Shown here piece after piece: positions 22,756 through 34,248 of a stretch of 64,000 nucleotides of DNA (positions within the stretch are counted from its first letter, which is position 1; each line of letters begins with the position of its first letter). The stretch spans positions 1 through 64,000 of the forward strand of contig CAVPHD010000002.1 in assembly GCA_963704165.1 (NCBI GenBank), in the 5' to 3' direction. The notes beneath the pieces are model-generated. The model did not search any database. It was not told the origin of the DNA and saw only the letters and a program-made list of their open reading frames with translations. This DNA is from an uncultured delta proteobacterium (GTDB taxonomy: Bacteria; Myxococcota_A; UBA9160; SZUA-336). The translations under genes and the position numbers were made by a program.

Positions 22756-23491
22756 ACGCCGTTGGCGAGATGTAGCGCCGGAGAAGGACAAGGTCCGTGT
22801 GAACCGGGCCATCCGGGTTCCGGAGGTGAGAGTGGTGAACGAGGAAGGCCAGCAGCTCGGGGTCATGCCGACCGACGCTGCCCGCGACATCGCGTCGCGC
22901 GTGGGGCTGGACCTCGTCGAGATCTCGCCGAATGGCACGCCGCCCGTGTGCAAGATCATGGATTACGGGCGCTACAAGTACGAGCTGAAGAAGAAGGCGG
23001 CGACCGCGAAGCGATCCCAGCACCAAAGCCAGTTGAAGGAGATCAAGCTCCGGCCACAGATCGACGAGCACGACCTGGCCTTCAAGCTCCGCGCGGCCGA
23101 GCGCTTCCTGATCGAGGGTGACAAGGTGAAGGCGACCGTGACGTTTCGCGGGCGTGAGATCACGCACCAGCAGGTCGGACGCGATCTGCTCGACCGGGTC
23201 GTGAAGCAGCTCGCCGACGTCGCGAAGGCGGAATCCGCTCCTCACATGGAAGGCCGGATGCTCTCGATGATCATTGCCCCCGACCGGGCCGCGATCAAGA
23301 AGATCCTCGCACGACGGCAGGCCGAGAAAGAGAAGGCAGCGCGCGCGGCCGCGGCCGCGGGACTGCCGGCTCCGGTCAGCGAGCCGGAGCCCGAGATGCC
23401 CGACGACCTGGACGATGATGACGACGACGACGAAGATGAAGACGACGCGGACGAGAACGAGCACGAGGACGAGGAGGCACACGATGCCTAA
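22742..23491 (+). CDS. infC: Translation initiation factor IF-3 with long acidic C-terminal extension (start codon uncertain)
   Basis: RVNRAIRVPEVRVV, LDLVEISP, PPVCKIMDYG, KEIKLRPQIDEHD, FRGRE; lies between thrS and rpmI. Confidence 0.95.
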   Translation: MGFRRRRWRDVAPEKDKVRVNRAIRVPEVRVVNEEGQQLGVMPTDAARDIASRVGLDLVEISPNGTPPVCKIMDYGRYKYELKKKAATAKRSQHQSQLKEIKLRPQIDEHDLAFKLRAAERFLIEGDKVKATVTFRGREITHQQVGRDLLDRVVKQLADVAKAESAPHMEGRMLSMIIAPDRAAIKKILARRQAEKEKAARAAAAAGLPAPVSEPEPEMPDDLDDDDDDDEDEDDADENEHEDEEAHDA

Positions 23492-23681
23492 GGTGAAGAC
23501 GCGGCGAGCCGCCGCGAAGCGATTCAAGAAGACGGCCAGCGGAAAGGTCACGCGGACCCAGGCGATGAAGCGTCACCGCTTGATCAATCGGACCAGCAAA
23601 CGGAAGCGCAATCTCACGGGCACGGTCGTCGCATCCGACGCCGACCAGGCGCGTCTCAAGCGCATGATTCCGTACGTCTAG
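23484..23681 (+). CDS. rpmI: 50S ribosomal protein L35
   Basis: MPKVKTRRAAAKRFKKTASGK; GAGGAGG SD; position in the operon. Confidence 0.95.
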   Translation: MPKVKTRRAAAKRFKKTASGKVTRTQAMKRHRLINRTSKRKRNLTGTVVASDADQARLKRMIPYV

Positions 23682-23696
23682 GAAGGGAGAACGAAA

Positions 23697-24047
23697 ATGC
23701 GAGTCAAGCGCGGAGTCACCAAGCGCCGTCGCCACAAGAAAATCCTGAAGCTCGCGAGCGGCTTTCGAGCCGCGCGCGGCAAGCTGATCCGACCGGCGCG
23801 CCTCGCGGTCGAGAAGAGCCTCGTCTACGCCTACCGGGACCGGAAACAGCGGAAGCGGCAGTTCCACCGCCTCTGGATCGCGCGCATCAACGCCGCGGCT
23901 CGCGAGCATGGGCTGACCTACAGCCGCTTCATCTCGGGGCTCAAGCGCGCGGGCGTCGAGATGGACCGAAAGGTCCTCGCCGATCTCGCCGTGGCCGAGC
24001 CGAAGGCGTTCTCGGAGCTCGTGACGCTCGCCAAGAACGCCGCCTGA
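23697..24047 (+). CDS. rplT: 50S ribosomal protein L20
   Basis: [41 protein letters not shown]. Confidence 0.97.
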   Translation: MRVKRGVTKRRRHKKILKLASGFRAARGKLIRPARLAVEKSLVYAYRDRKQRKRQFHRLWIARINAAAREHGLTYSRFISGLKRAGVEMDRKVLADLAVAEPKAFSELVTLAKNAA

Positions 24048-24061
24048 GCGGGCCGACCCGG

Positions 24062-27474
<3,413 letters not shown>

Positions 27475-27502
27475 TCATGCAATCGGGGGAGGGCACAGGG
27501 AG

Positions 27503-27820
27503 ATGACCAAGGCCGACATCGTCGAGACCATTTACGAGCGCGTGGGCTTCTCGAAGAAGGAGTCCGCCGAGCTCGTCGAGACCGTCTTCGACGTGATCAA
27601 GGATGCGCTGGTGGGTGGGGAGAAGGTGAAGTTCTCCGGCTTCGGGAACTTCATCGTGCGCGAGAAGAACGCGCGCAAGGGCCGCAATCCCCAGACGGGT
27701 GAGGAGATCCAGCTCGAAGCCCGCCGGGTGCTGACGTTCAAGCCGAGCCTCGTGCTGAAGAACGCCCTGAACGAGGGTGGCGAGATCGAGACCGGCGGCG
27801 ACGAGGACGACGACGAATAG
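27503..27820 (+). CDS. ihfA: Integration host factor alpha subunit
   Basis: MTKADIVE, VKFSGFGNF, KGRNPQTGEEI, RRVLTFKPS; follows pheT. Confidence 0.93.
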   Translation: MTKADIVETIYERVGFSKKESAELVETVFDVIKDALVGGEKVKFSGFGNFIVREKNARKGRNPQTGEEIQLEARRVLTFKPSLVLKNALNEGGEIETGGDEDDDE

Positions 27821-27850
27821 CCCGCTAGACTGACCGACGGGGGTGTCGCG

Positions 27851-28216
27851 ATGATGGACGAGATCCAGGATCAGCTCGCAAGGATTCCCGACAAGACCTA
27901 CTTCCGGATCGGAGAGGTCTCGAAGCTCGTCGGGGTCGAGCCGTACGTGCTGCGCTTCTGGGAGACCGAGTTCAAGACGATGGTCCCGCCGAAGTCGCGC
28001 TCGAAGCAGCGCATGTACCGGCGCAAGGATCTCGAGACGATTCTCGTCGTGAAGCACCTGCTCTACGCCGAGCGCTTCACGATCGAAGGCGCGCGCAAGC
28101 GACTCCTCGAGCTTCAGCGCGGTCAGAAGTCGGCCAACGTCGAGCCGACGCCCGAAGGGGTCGCGCTCCTGCGCCAGCGCCTGCTCGAACTGCGAAAGCT
28201 CGTCGCCTCGGCCTGA
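27851..28216 (+). CDS. MerR-family regulator of the ihfA-associated type
   Basis: IPDKTYFRIGEVSKLVGVEPYVLRFWETEF, QRMYRRKD, FTIEGARK. Confidence 0.9.
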   Translation: MMDEIQDQLARIPDKTYFRIGEVSKLVGVEPYVLRFWETEFKTMVPPKSRSKQRMYRRKDLETILVVKHLLYAERFTIEGARKRLLELQRGQKSANVEPTPEGVALLRQRLLELRKLVASA

Positions 28217-28223
28217 CGAGCCG

Positions 28224-28388
28224 TCAGCGCGAGAGCAACGCCTGCCGGCGGCGCTGAAGCGCGGCCGCGATCGGATCGAGTGGTGCAGCCTCGGCGCGCG
28301 CCGTGCTCGCGCGAACGACCTTCACGGCCTTCTTCGCGGGTTTGCCCTTCGCGGGCTTCTTCTTCGACGCCTTCGCCTTCTTCGCCAC
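28224..28388 (-). CDS. Small Lys/Ala-rich basic protein, 54 aa (below the ORF-track cutoff)
   Basis: GGAGGG SD then GTG; MAKKAKASKKKPAKGKPAKKAVKVVRASTARAEAAPLDPIAAALQRRRQALLSR*; host-like codon usage. Confidence 0.7.
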   Translation of the reverse strand: MAKKAKASKKKPAKGKPAKKAVKVVRASTARAEAAPLDPIAAALQRRRQALLSR

Positions 28389-28478
28389 CGTACCCTCCAC
28401 CGAATTGGGCGTGGATCATAGGGCTCGATGCACGTGATCACCAACGAGCCGCTCGAGCGACTCGACGACGATCGGCGA

Positions 28479-29309
28479 TCAGCTGGGGCGGTAGACCTTG
28501 AGCGGTCGGTGGACGCGCATCCATTCGGGCTGGTCGGGCCACGCGCGGCCGGCGCTGATGCCGCCGTCGACGACGAAATGCTGTCCGGTGACGAAGCTCG
28601 AGGCGTCGCTGGCGAGCCAGAGCGCCATCTGCGCGATGTCCTCCGGCTCTCCCGCTCGCGGGATCGGCTGCGCGCGATCCAGGCCGGCGCGGCTCGCCTC
28701 GCGCGCGAGATCGACGTCCGGCCGACCGACGGTGTTCAGCGCGAGCGGCGTCGCGATGAATCCCGGACAGATGCAGTTCACGCGCACGCGTTGGGGCGCG
28801 AGCTCGAGCGCGACGGAGCGGGAGAGCGCGATCACCGCGGCCTTCGCGGCGGAGTAGGCGTGCGGCGAGTAGCCGGAGATCAGTGCGGCCACGCTCGCGG
28901 TATTGATCACGCTGCCCCCCTGCCGGGAGAGCAGCTTTGCCGTGTGCTTCATGCCGAGAAACACGCCACGCACGAGCACCGCGAAGGTCAGGTCGAACTC
29001 TTCGGCGGGCGTGTCCGAGATCGGGCCGAGCGCGCCGCCGAAGCCGGCATTGTTGAAGATGCAGTCGAGTCGGCCATAGGACCGCTCGGCGTGCGCGACG
29101 AGTGCGCGCACGTCGTCCTCGCGGCTCACCTCGGTGCGCTTCAAGAGCGCGCAGCCCCGGAGCTCGTCGGCAATCGCGCGACCGAGCTCTTCCTGTACAT
29201 CGCCGATCACCACGCGTGCGCCTTCCTCGACGAAGAGACGCACCGTGCGGGCGCCGATTCCACTCGCACCGCCCGTGATGATCACTACGCGTCCGTCGAG
29301 CGCACCCAC
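28479..29309 (-). CDS. SDR family oxidoreductase
   Basis: TGGASGIG, FNNAG, YSAAK, VTGQHFVVDGG. Confidence 0.93.
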   Translation of the reverse strand: MGALDGRVVIITGGASGIGARTVRLFVEEGARVVIGDVQEELGRAIADELRGCALLKRTEVSREDDVRALVAHAERSYGRLDCIFNNAGFGGALGPISDTPAEEFDLTFAVLVRGVFLGMKHTAKLLSRQGGSVINTASVAALISGYSPHAYSAAKAAVIALSRSVALELAPQRVRVNCICPGFIATPLALNTVGRPDVDLAREASRAGLDRAQPIPRAGEPEDIAQMALWLASDASSFVTGQHFVVDGGISAGRAWPDQPEWMRVHRPLKVYRPS

Positions 29310-29371
29310 CGGGCGATCCTACAACGCGCGGCGCTCGACTGGAACTCGGCGATCTGCGACGCTCGCGCCGA

Positions 29372-30349
29372 ATGGACGACGCACGGCCGGTCGGTTCGCG
29401 GAGCTCTCAGCGCTTCGATCCACCGGTGCGCGCGACGCGCTGGGTCGTTCTGGCTCGAAGATCCTGGCCCGAATTCGTGCGCGAGCTCGCGTCGCGCACG
29501 GAGCTCGACACCGCGTCACTGGAACGCGTGTTCCGGCACGGCGGCATCTGGCTCGACCGGCATCCGGTCGCGCCCGGCGCGCCTCCACACGAGGTCCGCG
29601 AAGGCGCACACGCGGCGGTGTACGCCTTTGCGTGGGAGCCGGAGCGCGTGATCCTGCCGGACGACTGTGTTCTGCTCGACCGTGGGGGTGTCGTGGCCGT
29701 GAACAAGCCCGCCTGGCTGCCGGTCCAGGGCACGCGCGCGAGCCAGATCCAGTCGCTCGAGCGCGTCCTCGCCGAGCGACTCGGCTGCACCGGGCTCCGC
29801 GTCGTGCACCGGCTCGACCGTCAGACGAGCGGCGTGCTTCTGCTCGCACGCGACGCGGCGCGCGCCGCGTACCTCGGCCGCGCACTCCAGGATCGGCGGG
29901 TCGCGAAGAGCTACCTCGCGTGGGTCTCTCCCGTGCCCGAGAACGAGGAGTGGAAGATCCACGGACCGCTCGGTCCGGCGAGAACGGGAACCCGCTACCG
30001 TTTCGAGCTTCGCACGAAGGCCGCGTCCGACGCACGCGAGAGCGAGACGCATTTCCGTGTCGTGAAGCGAAACGGCGGACGTGCCTTGGTCGAGTGCCGC
30101 CCGATCACCGGGCGAACCCACCAGCTCCGCGTGCACCTCGCCGCGTCGGGCTCGCCGATCGTCGGCGACGACCTGTACGGCCCCGAGTGGCGTGCGGGCG
30201 CGGACTCGAGCGCGGACCGAATCCAGCTGCACGCCGCATCGCTGCGTCTTCGGCTCGCGCCGAAGACGCCGGAGTTCGAGATCCGCGCACCGCTCCCCGC
30301 GGACTTCCTCGTGGTCGGGGCGCCCGGATTTGAACCGGGGACCTTCTGA
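29372..30349 (+). CDS. RluA-family pseudouridine synthase (start uncertain)
   Basis: VNKPAWL, HRLDRQTSG, TGRTHQLRVH, PIVGDDLYG, LHA. Confidence 0.92.
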   Translation: MDDARPVGSRSSQRFDPPVRATRWVVLARRSWPEFVRELASRTELDTASLERVFRHGGIWLDRHPVAPGAPPHEVREGAHAAVYAFAWEPERVILPDDCVLLDRGGVVAVNKPAWLPVQGTRASQIQSLERVLAERLGCTGLRVVHRLDRQTSGVLLLARDAARAAYLGRALQDRRVAKSYLAWVSPVPENEEWKIHGPLGPARTGTRYRFELRTKAASDARESETHFRVVKRNGGRALVECRPITGRTHQLRVHLAASGSPIVGDDLYGPEWRAGADSSADRIQLHAASLRLRLAPKTPEFEIRAPLPADFLVVGAPGFEPGTF

Positions 30350-30388
30350 ACCCCATTCAGACGCGCTACCAAACTGCGCTACGCCCCG
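30312..30388 (-). tRNA. tRNA-Pro(GGG)
   Basis: Reverse strand CGGGGCGTAGCGCAGTTTGGTAGCGCG-TCTGA-ATGGGGT-TCAGA-AGGTCCCCGGTTCAAATCCGGGCGCCCCGACCA; TATACT -10-like box at 30401-30406. Confidence 0.97.
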
Positions 30389-30446
30389 ACGAACGGCCGC
30401 AGTATAGCGGGGCTTCGTCCGAAGATAAGGCGGCGGGGAGGAGTGC

Positions 30447-31064
30447 TTGGGGGAGCTGCTGACGCGGGCGATCGACTGGGTCCTCGCCACGGTCCACGAA
30501 TGGGGGTATGCGGGGATCGTCGTGATGATGACGATCGAGTCGTCGTTCATCCCGTTCCCGAGCGAGATCGCGATGATCCCGGCGGGGTACCTCGCGGCCC
30601 AGGGCCGGATGGATCCAGTGCTCGCGACGCTCGCAGGTCTACTGGGAAGCGTGATCGGCGCGGTGGTGAACTACGTTCTGGCGCTGTACTTCGGCCGTCC
30701 GGTCGTGGAGCGGATCGCGGGCTGGTTCTTCGTCGGCCCCGACAAGATCGCCTCGGCCGACCGCTTCTTCGCCCGTCACGGCGAGATCACGACCTTCGTC
30801 GGTCGCCTGATTCCGGTGATCCGCCAGCTGATCTCGCTTCCCGCGGGATTTGCGCGCATGAACGCGGCGCGCTTCGTTCTGTACACCGGACTCGGCGCGG
30901 GGATCTGGAGCGCGGTGCTGGTGGCGGTCGGCTACTGGGTTGGCGCGAACGAGGAGCTCTGGCGGCCGATGCTTCAGAAGGTCACTCTGTGGCTCCTCGG
31001 GGGGATCGCCGTGCTCGTGATCGGGTACGTCCTGTACCAGCGCCAAAGAGAGGTGAGCGATTGA
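30447..31064 (+). CDS. DedA-family membrane protein
   Basis: IESSFIPFPSEIAMIPAG, GRLIPVIRQLISLPAG; hydrophobic helices. Confidence 0.92.
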   Translation: MGELLTRAIDWVLATVHEWGYAGIVVMMTIESSFIPFPSEIAMIPAGYLAAQGRMDPVLATLAGLLGSVIGAVVNYVLALYFGRPVVERIAGWFFVGPDKIASADRFFARHGEITTFVGRLIPVIRQLISLPAGFARMNAARFVLYTGLGAGIWSAVLVAVGYWVGANEELWRPMLQKVTLWLLGGIAVLVIGYVLYQRQREVSD

Positions 31065-31810
31065 GGTGGGTCGGGCTCGCGTGCGCGAGCCTGGCGGTGC
31101 TCGCGCTCGCGGCCTGCGGCACTCCCGCGGGGCCGAAGCAGGGGGCACCTGCGGGCGCGCGCAAGCACTCCGGCCGGCTCCCCTCGCAGGCGCCCGCCCG
31201 CGCCGCGGCACCGAACGCGGTCCACATCGTCGCGAAGGGTGAGAACCTCTACCGGATCTCGAAGCGCTACGGCACGAGCGTGGACGCCATCGTCTCGGTG
31301 AATGGGATCAAGGACGTGCACGGCATTCCGATCGGAACACGGCTCCTGGTCCCGACGGGATCGTCGGTTCCGGCGTCGCGCCGTCCCGTCGATGCCGGCA
31401 CCTACGCCGCGCGCGACCCGCGGGGCCGAAGCGCCGGGCCCGCGCGATTCACCTGGCCGGTGCACGGCATCGTGACCAGCGAGTTCGGCCTGCGACACGG
31501 GGCGCATCACGACGGGCTCGACATCAAGGCCCCCCTGGGCACGATCGTCCGGGCCGCCGAGTCGGGCCGCGTGATCCACGCGGATGCATCGCTCTCGGGC
31601 TACGGAAACATGGTCATCCTGAAGCACGCCGACCGTTTCTCGACCGTGTACGCGCACAACCGCAAGCTTCTGGTTCGGGTCGGGCAATTCGTGGAGAAGG
31701 GCGATGCGATCGCCGAGATCGGGAAGACGGGAAACGCCACGGTGCCGCACCTGCATTTCGAGATCCGGAGCGACGGTTCGCCGCGCGACCCGCTTGCGTA
31801 CCTGCGGTGA
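31061..31810 (+). CDS. LysM plus M23 peptidase lipoprotein (NlpD-like)
   Basis: Lipobox LAAC; LysM HIVAKGENLYRISKRYG; M23 HDGLD, YAH, PHLHFE. Confidence 0.9.
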   Translation: MRWVGLACASLAVLALAACGTPAGPKQGAPAGARKHSGRLPSQAPARAAAPNAVHIVAKGENLYRISKRYGTSVDAIVSVNGIKDVHGIPIGTRLLVPTGSSVPASRRPVDAGTYAARDPRGRSAGPARFTWPVHGIVTSEFGLRHGAHHDGLDIKAPLGTIVRAAESGRVIHADASLSGYGNMVILKHADRFSTVYAHNRKLLVRVGQFVEKGDAIAEIGKTGNATVPHLHFEIRSDGSPRDPLAYLR

Positions 31811-32340
31811 CGTCCCCGGATCCCAGGACGTGGATCGCGAGCCTGATCCGCGACATGCCCGACTTCCCGCGCCCCGGCATCGTCTTCAAGGACATCACCC
31901 CGCTGCTCCGGAATCCCGCCGGGCTGAAGCTCGCGTGTGAGCTTCTTGCCGCGCCCTACCAGGGACGAGGGGTGGATCAGGTGGTCGGGATCGAGTCGCG
32001 CGGGTTCATCTTCGCGGCGCCCGTCGCGCTCGCGCTCGGAGCGGGCTTCGCGCTGGCGCGGAAGCAGGGAAAGCTGCCCGGTCCGACGCTGCGCACGACC
32101 TACGCGCTCGAGTACGGCGACGCCGAGATCGAGGTCCAGCGCGACGCGATCGCTCCCGGGCAACGCGTGCTGCTGATCGACGACGTGATCGCCACGGGCG
32201 GCACGGCCGCCGCCACGGCCCGGCTCGTGCGTGAGCTCGGTGGTGTCGTCGTCGGAGCGTGTTTCCTGATCGAGCTCGGGTTTCTCGACGGCCGAAAGGC
32301 GCTCGAGGGGATTCCCGTAGAGGCACTCCTCCACTTCTGA
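31807..32340 (+). CDS. apt: Adenine phosphoribosyltransferase
   Basis: PDFPRPGIVFKDITPLL, ESRGF, RKQGKLP, YALEYG, IDDVIATGGT. Confidence 0.96.
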   Translation: MTSPDPRTWIASLIRDMPDFPRPGIVFKDITPLLRNPAGLKLACELLAAPYQGRGVDQVVGIESRGFIFAAPVALALGAGFALARKQGKLPGPTLRTTYALEYGDAEIEVQRDAIAPGQRVLLIDDVIATGGTAAATARLVRELGGVVVGACFLIELGFLDGRKALEGIPVEALLHF

Positions 32341-32441
32341 GCGGATGCGGCACGCTCGCGCGCGAAGTTGCGCGCCCACGCGTGCGCAGCGACCCGGCGG
32401 CCTACATCGGCGTACCCGATTCGCCGAAGTTGCGAGGAGGA

Positions 32442-34244
32442 ATGGTCACCGGCGCACGAGTCTTGCTCATCCATGACGCGCGTGACAGCGCGCGTGAGCT
32501 CTCCCGTGCGCTGCGCGATTCGGGGCTCGACGTGCAGGATTCGGCCTGGCCGGACGGGGCGGCGGCGAGCGCGCTCGAGATCGTTCCCGAGATCGTGCTT
32601 CTCTGCATCGAGCCCGGCGCGGGCGGCGGTGCCGCGCGCTGCGCGCGACTGCGCGCCGAACCGGCGCTCGACGGCGTGCCGCTCGTGGTCGTCGCGACGG
32701 CAGAGGAACAGGACGAGCTCGCGCGTTGTCTGGAGCTCGGTGCGAACGATGCGTTGATCGTGCCCGTGCATGGGCGGATCGCGGTCGCGCGCGTGCAAGC
32801 CTTGCTCGAGGCGCGCCAGTCGCGATTGGCGCAGGTCGAGCTCACGCGCATGATCGAGCGCGGCAAGCAGGCCTTCGGCCGGAGCGTCGAGGCGCTTCAG
32901 CGTTCCGCCGAGGCCGCGGCGGATTCCGAGCGCCGCAAGCTCTACCTCGAGACCCACGACGCCCTCACCGGACTCGCGAATCGCGGCTACTTCCGCGAGT
33001 CGGTTCGCCGCACGCTCGGCTACGCGCGGCGCTACGGACAGAAGCTCGCCGTCCTCTCGATCAACCTCGACCATTTCGAACGCGTGAACGAGAACCTGGG
33101 GCACGAGGTCGGCGACCGACTCCTCGAGTCGGTCGCGGAACGCGTGCGCGCGTGTGTGCGCGGCAGCGACATCGTGGCTCGGCTCGGCGCCGACGACTTC
33201 GCGGTCCTGCTGACGAGCTTGTCGAGTTGCGAGGGTGCCACGGTGGTCGCGCGGAAGATCCAGGAGAACATCGCGCGACCGCACGAAGGACCGATCGGCG
33301 AGATCTACGTCACTCCGAGCATCGGCGTCGCGATCTTCCCCGACGATGGGGACACCCCGGACGCCGTGCTGCGCAGCGCCGACGTCGCGCTGCACAGGGC
33401 GAAGGAACAGGGCCGCGGCCAGTTCCAGTTCTACTCCCCGGAGATGAAGGCGGGGTCGCTCGAAGGCATGCGGCTCGAGGTGCTGCTCCGCGATGCGCTC
33501 GATCGGCGCGAGTTCGTCCTCTACTACCAACCGCAGGTCGACGTCGCGAAGCGCGTCCTGATCGGTTGCGAGGCGCTGGTGCGCTGGATCCATCCCGAGC
33601 ACGGCATGATCTCGCCCGCCGATTTCATCCCGATCGCCGAGAACAACGGATTGATCGTGTCGATCGGCGAGTGGGTCATGCGAGAAGCCTGCGCGCAGAA
33701 GCTTCGCTGGGAACGGGCCGGTCTCGGCGGCTTTCCCGTGGCCGTGAACGTCTCGCGCCGGCAGTTCCGCGGCCTCGAGTTCGAAGGTCAGGTCGCTTCG
33801 GTACTGCGCGAAACCGGCCTCGCTCCTCACCACCTCGAAATCGAGATCACCGAGAACGCGCTCGTCGACGACGTGAAGCAGACGCTGGGCTCGCTTCGAT
33901 CGCTGCGCCGAATGGGCATCGGGCTCTCGATCGACGATTTCGGCACCGGTTACTCGAGCCTGTCGGCGCTCGGTCAGTTCCCCGCGAATCGCCTCAAGAT
34001 CGATCAGTCCTTCGTGCGCGACATCGCGCGCGAGTCGAGGCGCGCGGCGATCACGCGCGCGGTGCTCGCGGTGGCAAGTGAGCTCGGACTCGACGTCGTC
34101 GCCGAGGGCGTCGAGACGATCGAGGAGCGCGACTTCCTGGCCGAGCTCGGCTGTGTCCAGATGCAGGGCTACCTGTTCGGACGGCCGGTTCCCGCCGAGG
34201 AGTTCGCCTCGATCTGGGCGGATGGTGGAGAGCTCCCGGAGTGA
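32442..34244 (+). CDS. Receiver-like / degenerate GGDEF / EAL protein (probable c-di-GMP phosphodiesterase)
   Basis: GAGGAGG SD; HDALTGLANR, ARLGADDF, CEALVRW, EITE, DDFGTGYSSL, EGVE, QGY. Confidence 0.9.
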   Translation: MVTGARVLLIHDARDSARELSRALRDSGLDVQDSAWPDGAAASALEIVPEIVLLCIEPGAGGGAARCARLRAEPALDGVPLVVVATAEEQDELARCLELGANDALIVPVHGRIAVARVQALLEARQSRLAQVELTRMIERGKQAFGRSVEALQRSAEAAADSERRKLYLETHDALTGLANRGYFRESVRRTLGYARRYGQKLAVLSINLDHFERVNENLGHEVGDRLLESVAERVRACVRGSDIVARLGADDFAVLLTSLSSCEGATVVARKIQENIARPHEGPIGEIYVTPSIGVAIFPDDGDTPDAVLRSADVALHRAKEQGRGQFQFYSPEMKAGSLEGMRLEVLLRDALDRREFVLYYQPQVDVAKRVLIGCEALVRWIHPEHGMISPADFIPIAENNGLIVSIGEWVMREACAQKLRWERAGLGGFPVAVNVSRRQFRGLEFEGQVASVLRETGLAPHHLEIEITENALVDDVKQTLGSLRSLRRMGIGLSIDDFGTGYSSLSALGQFPANRLKIDQSFVRDIARESRRAAITRAVLAVASELGLDVVAEGVETIEERDFLAELGCVQMQGYLFGRPVPAEEFASIWADGGELPE

Positions 34245-34248
34245 TGGA

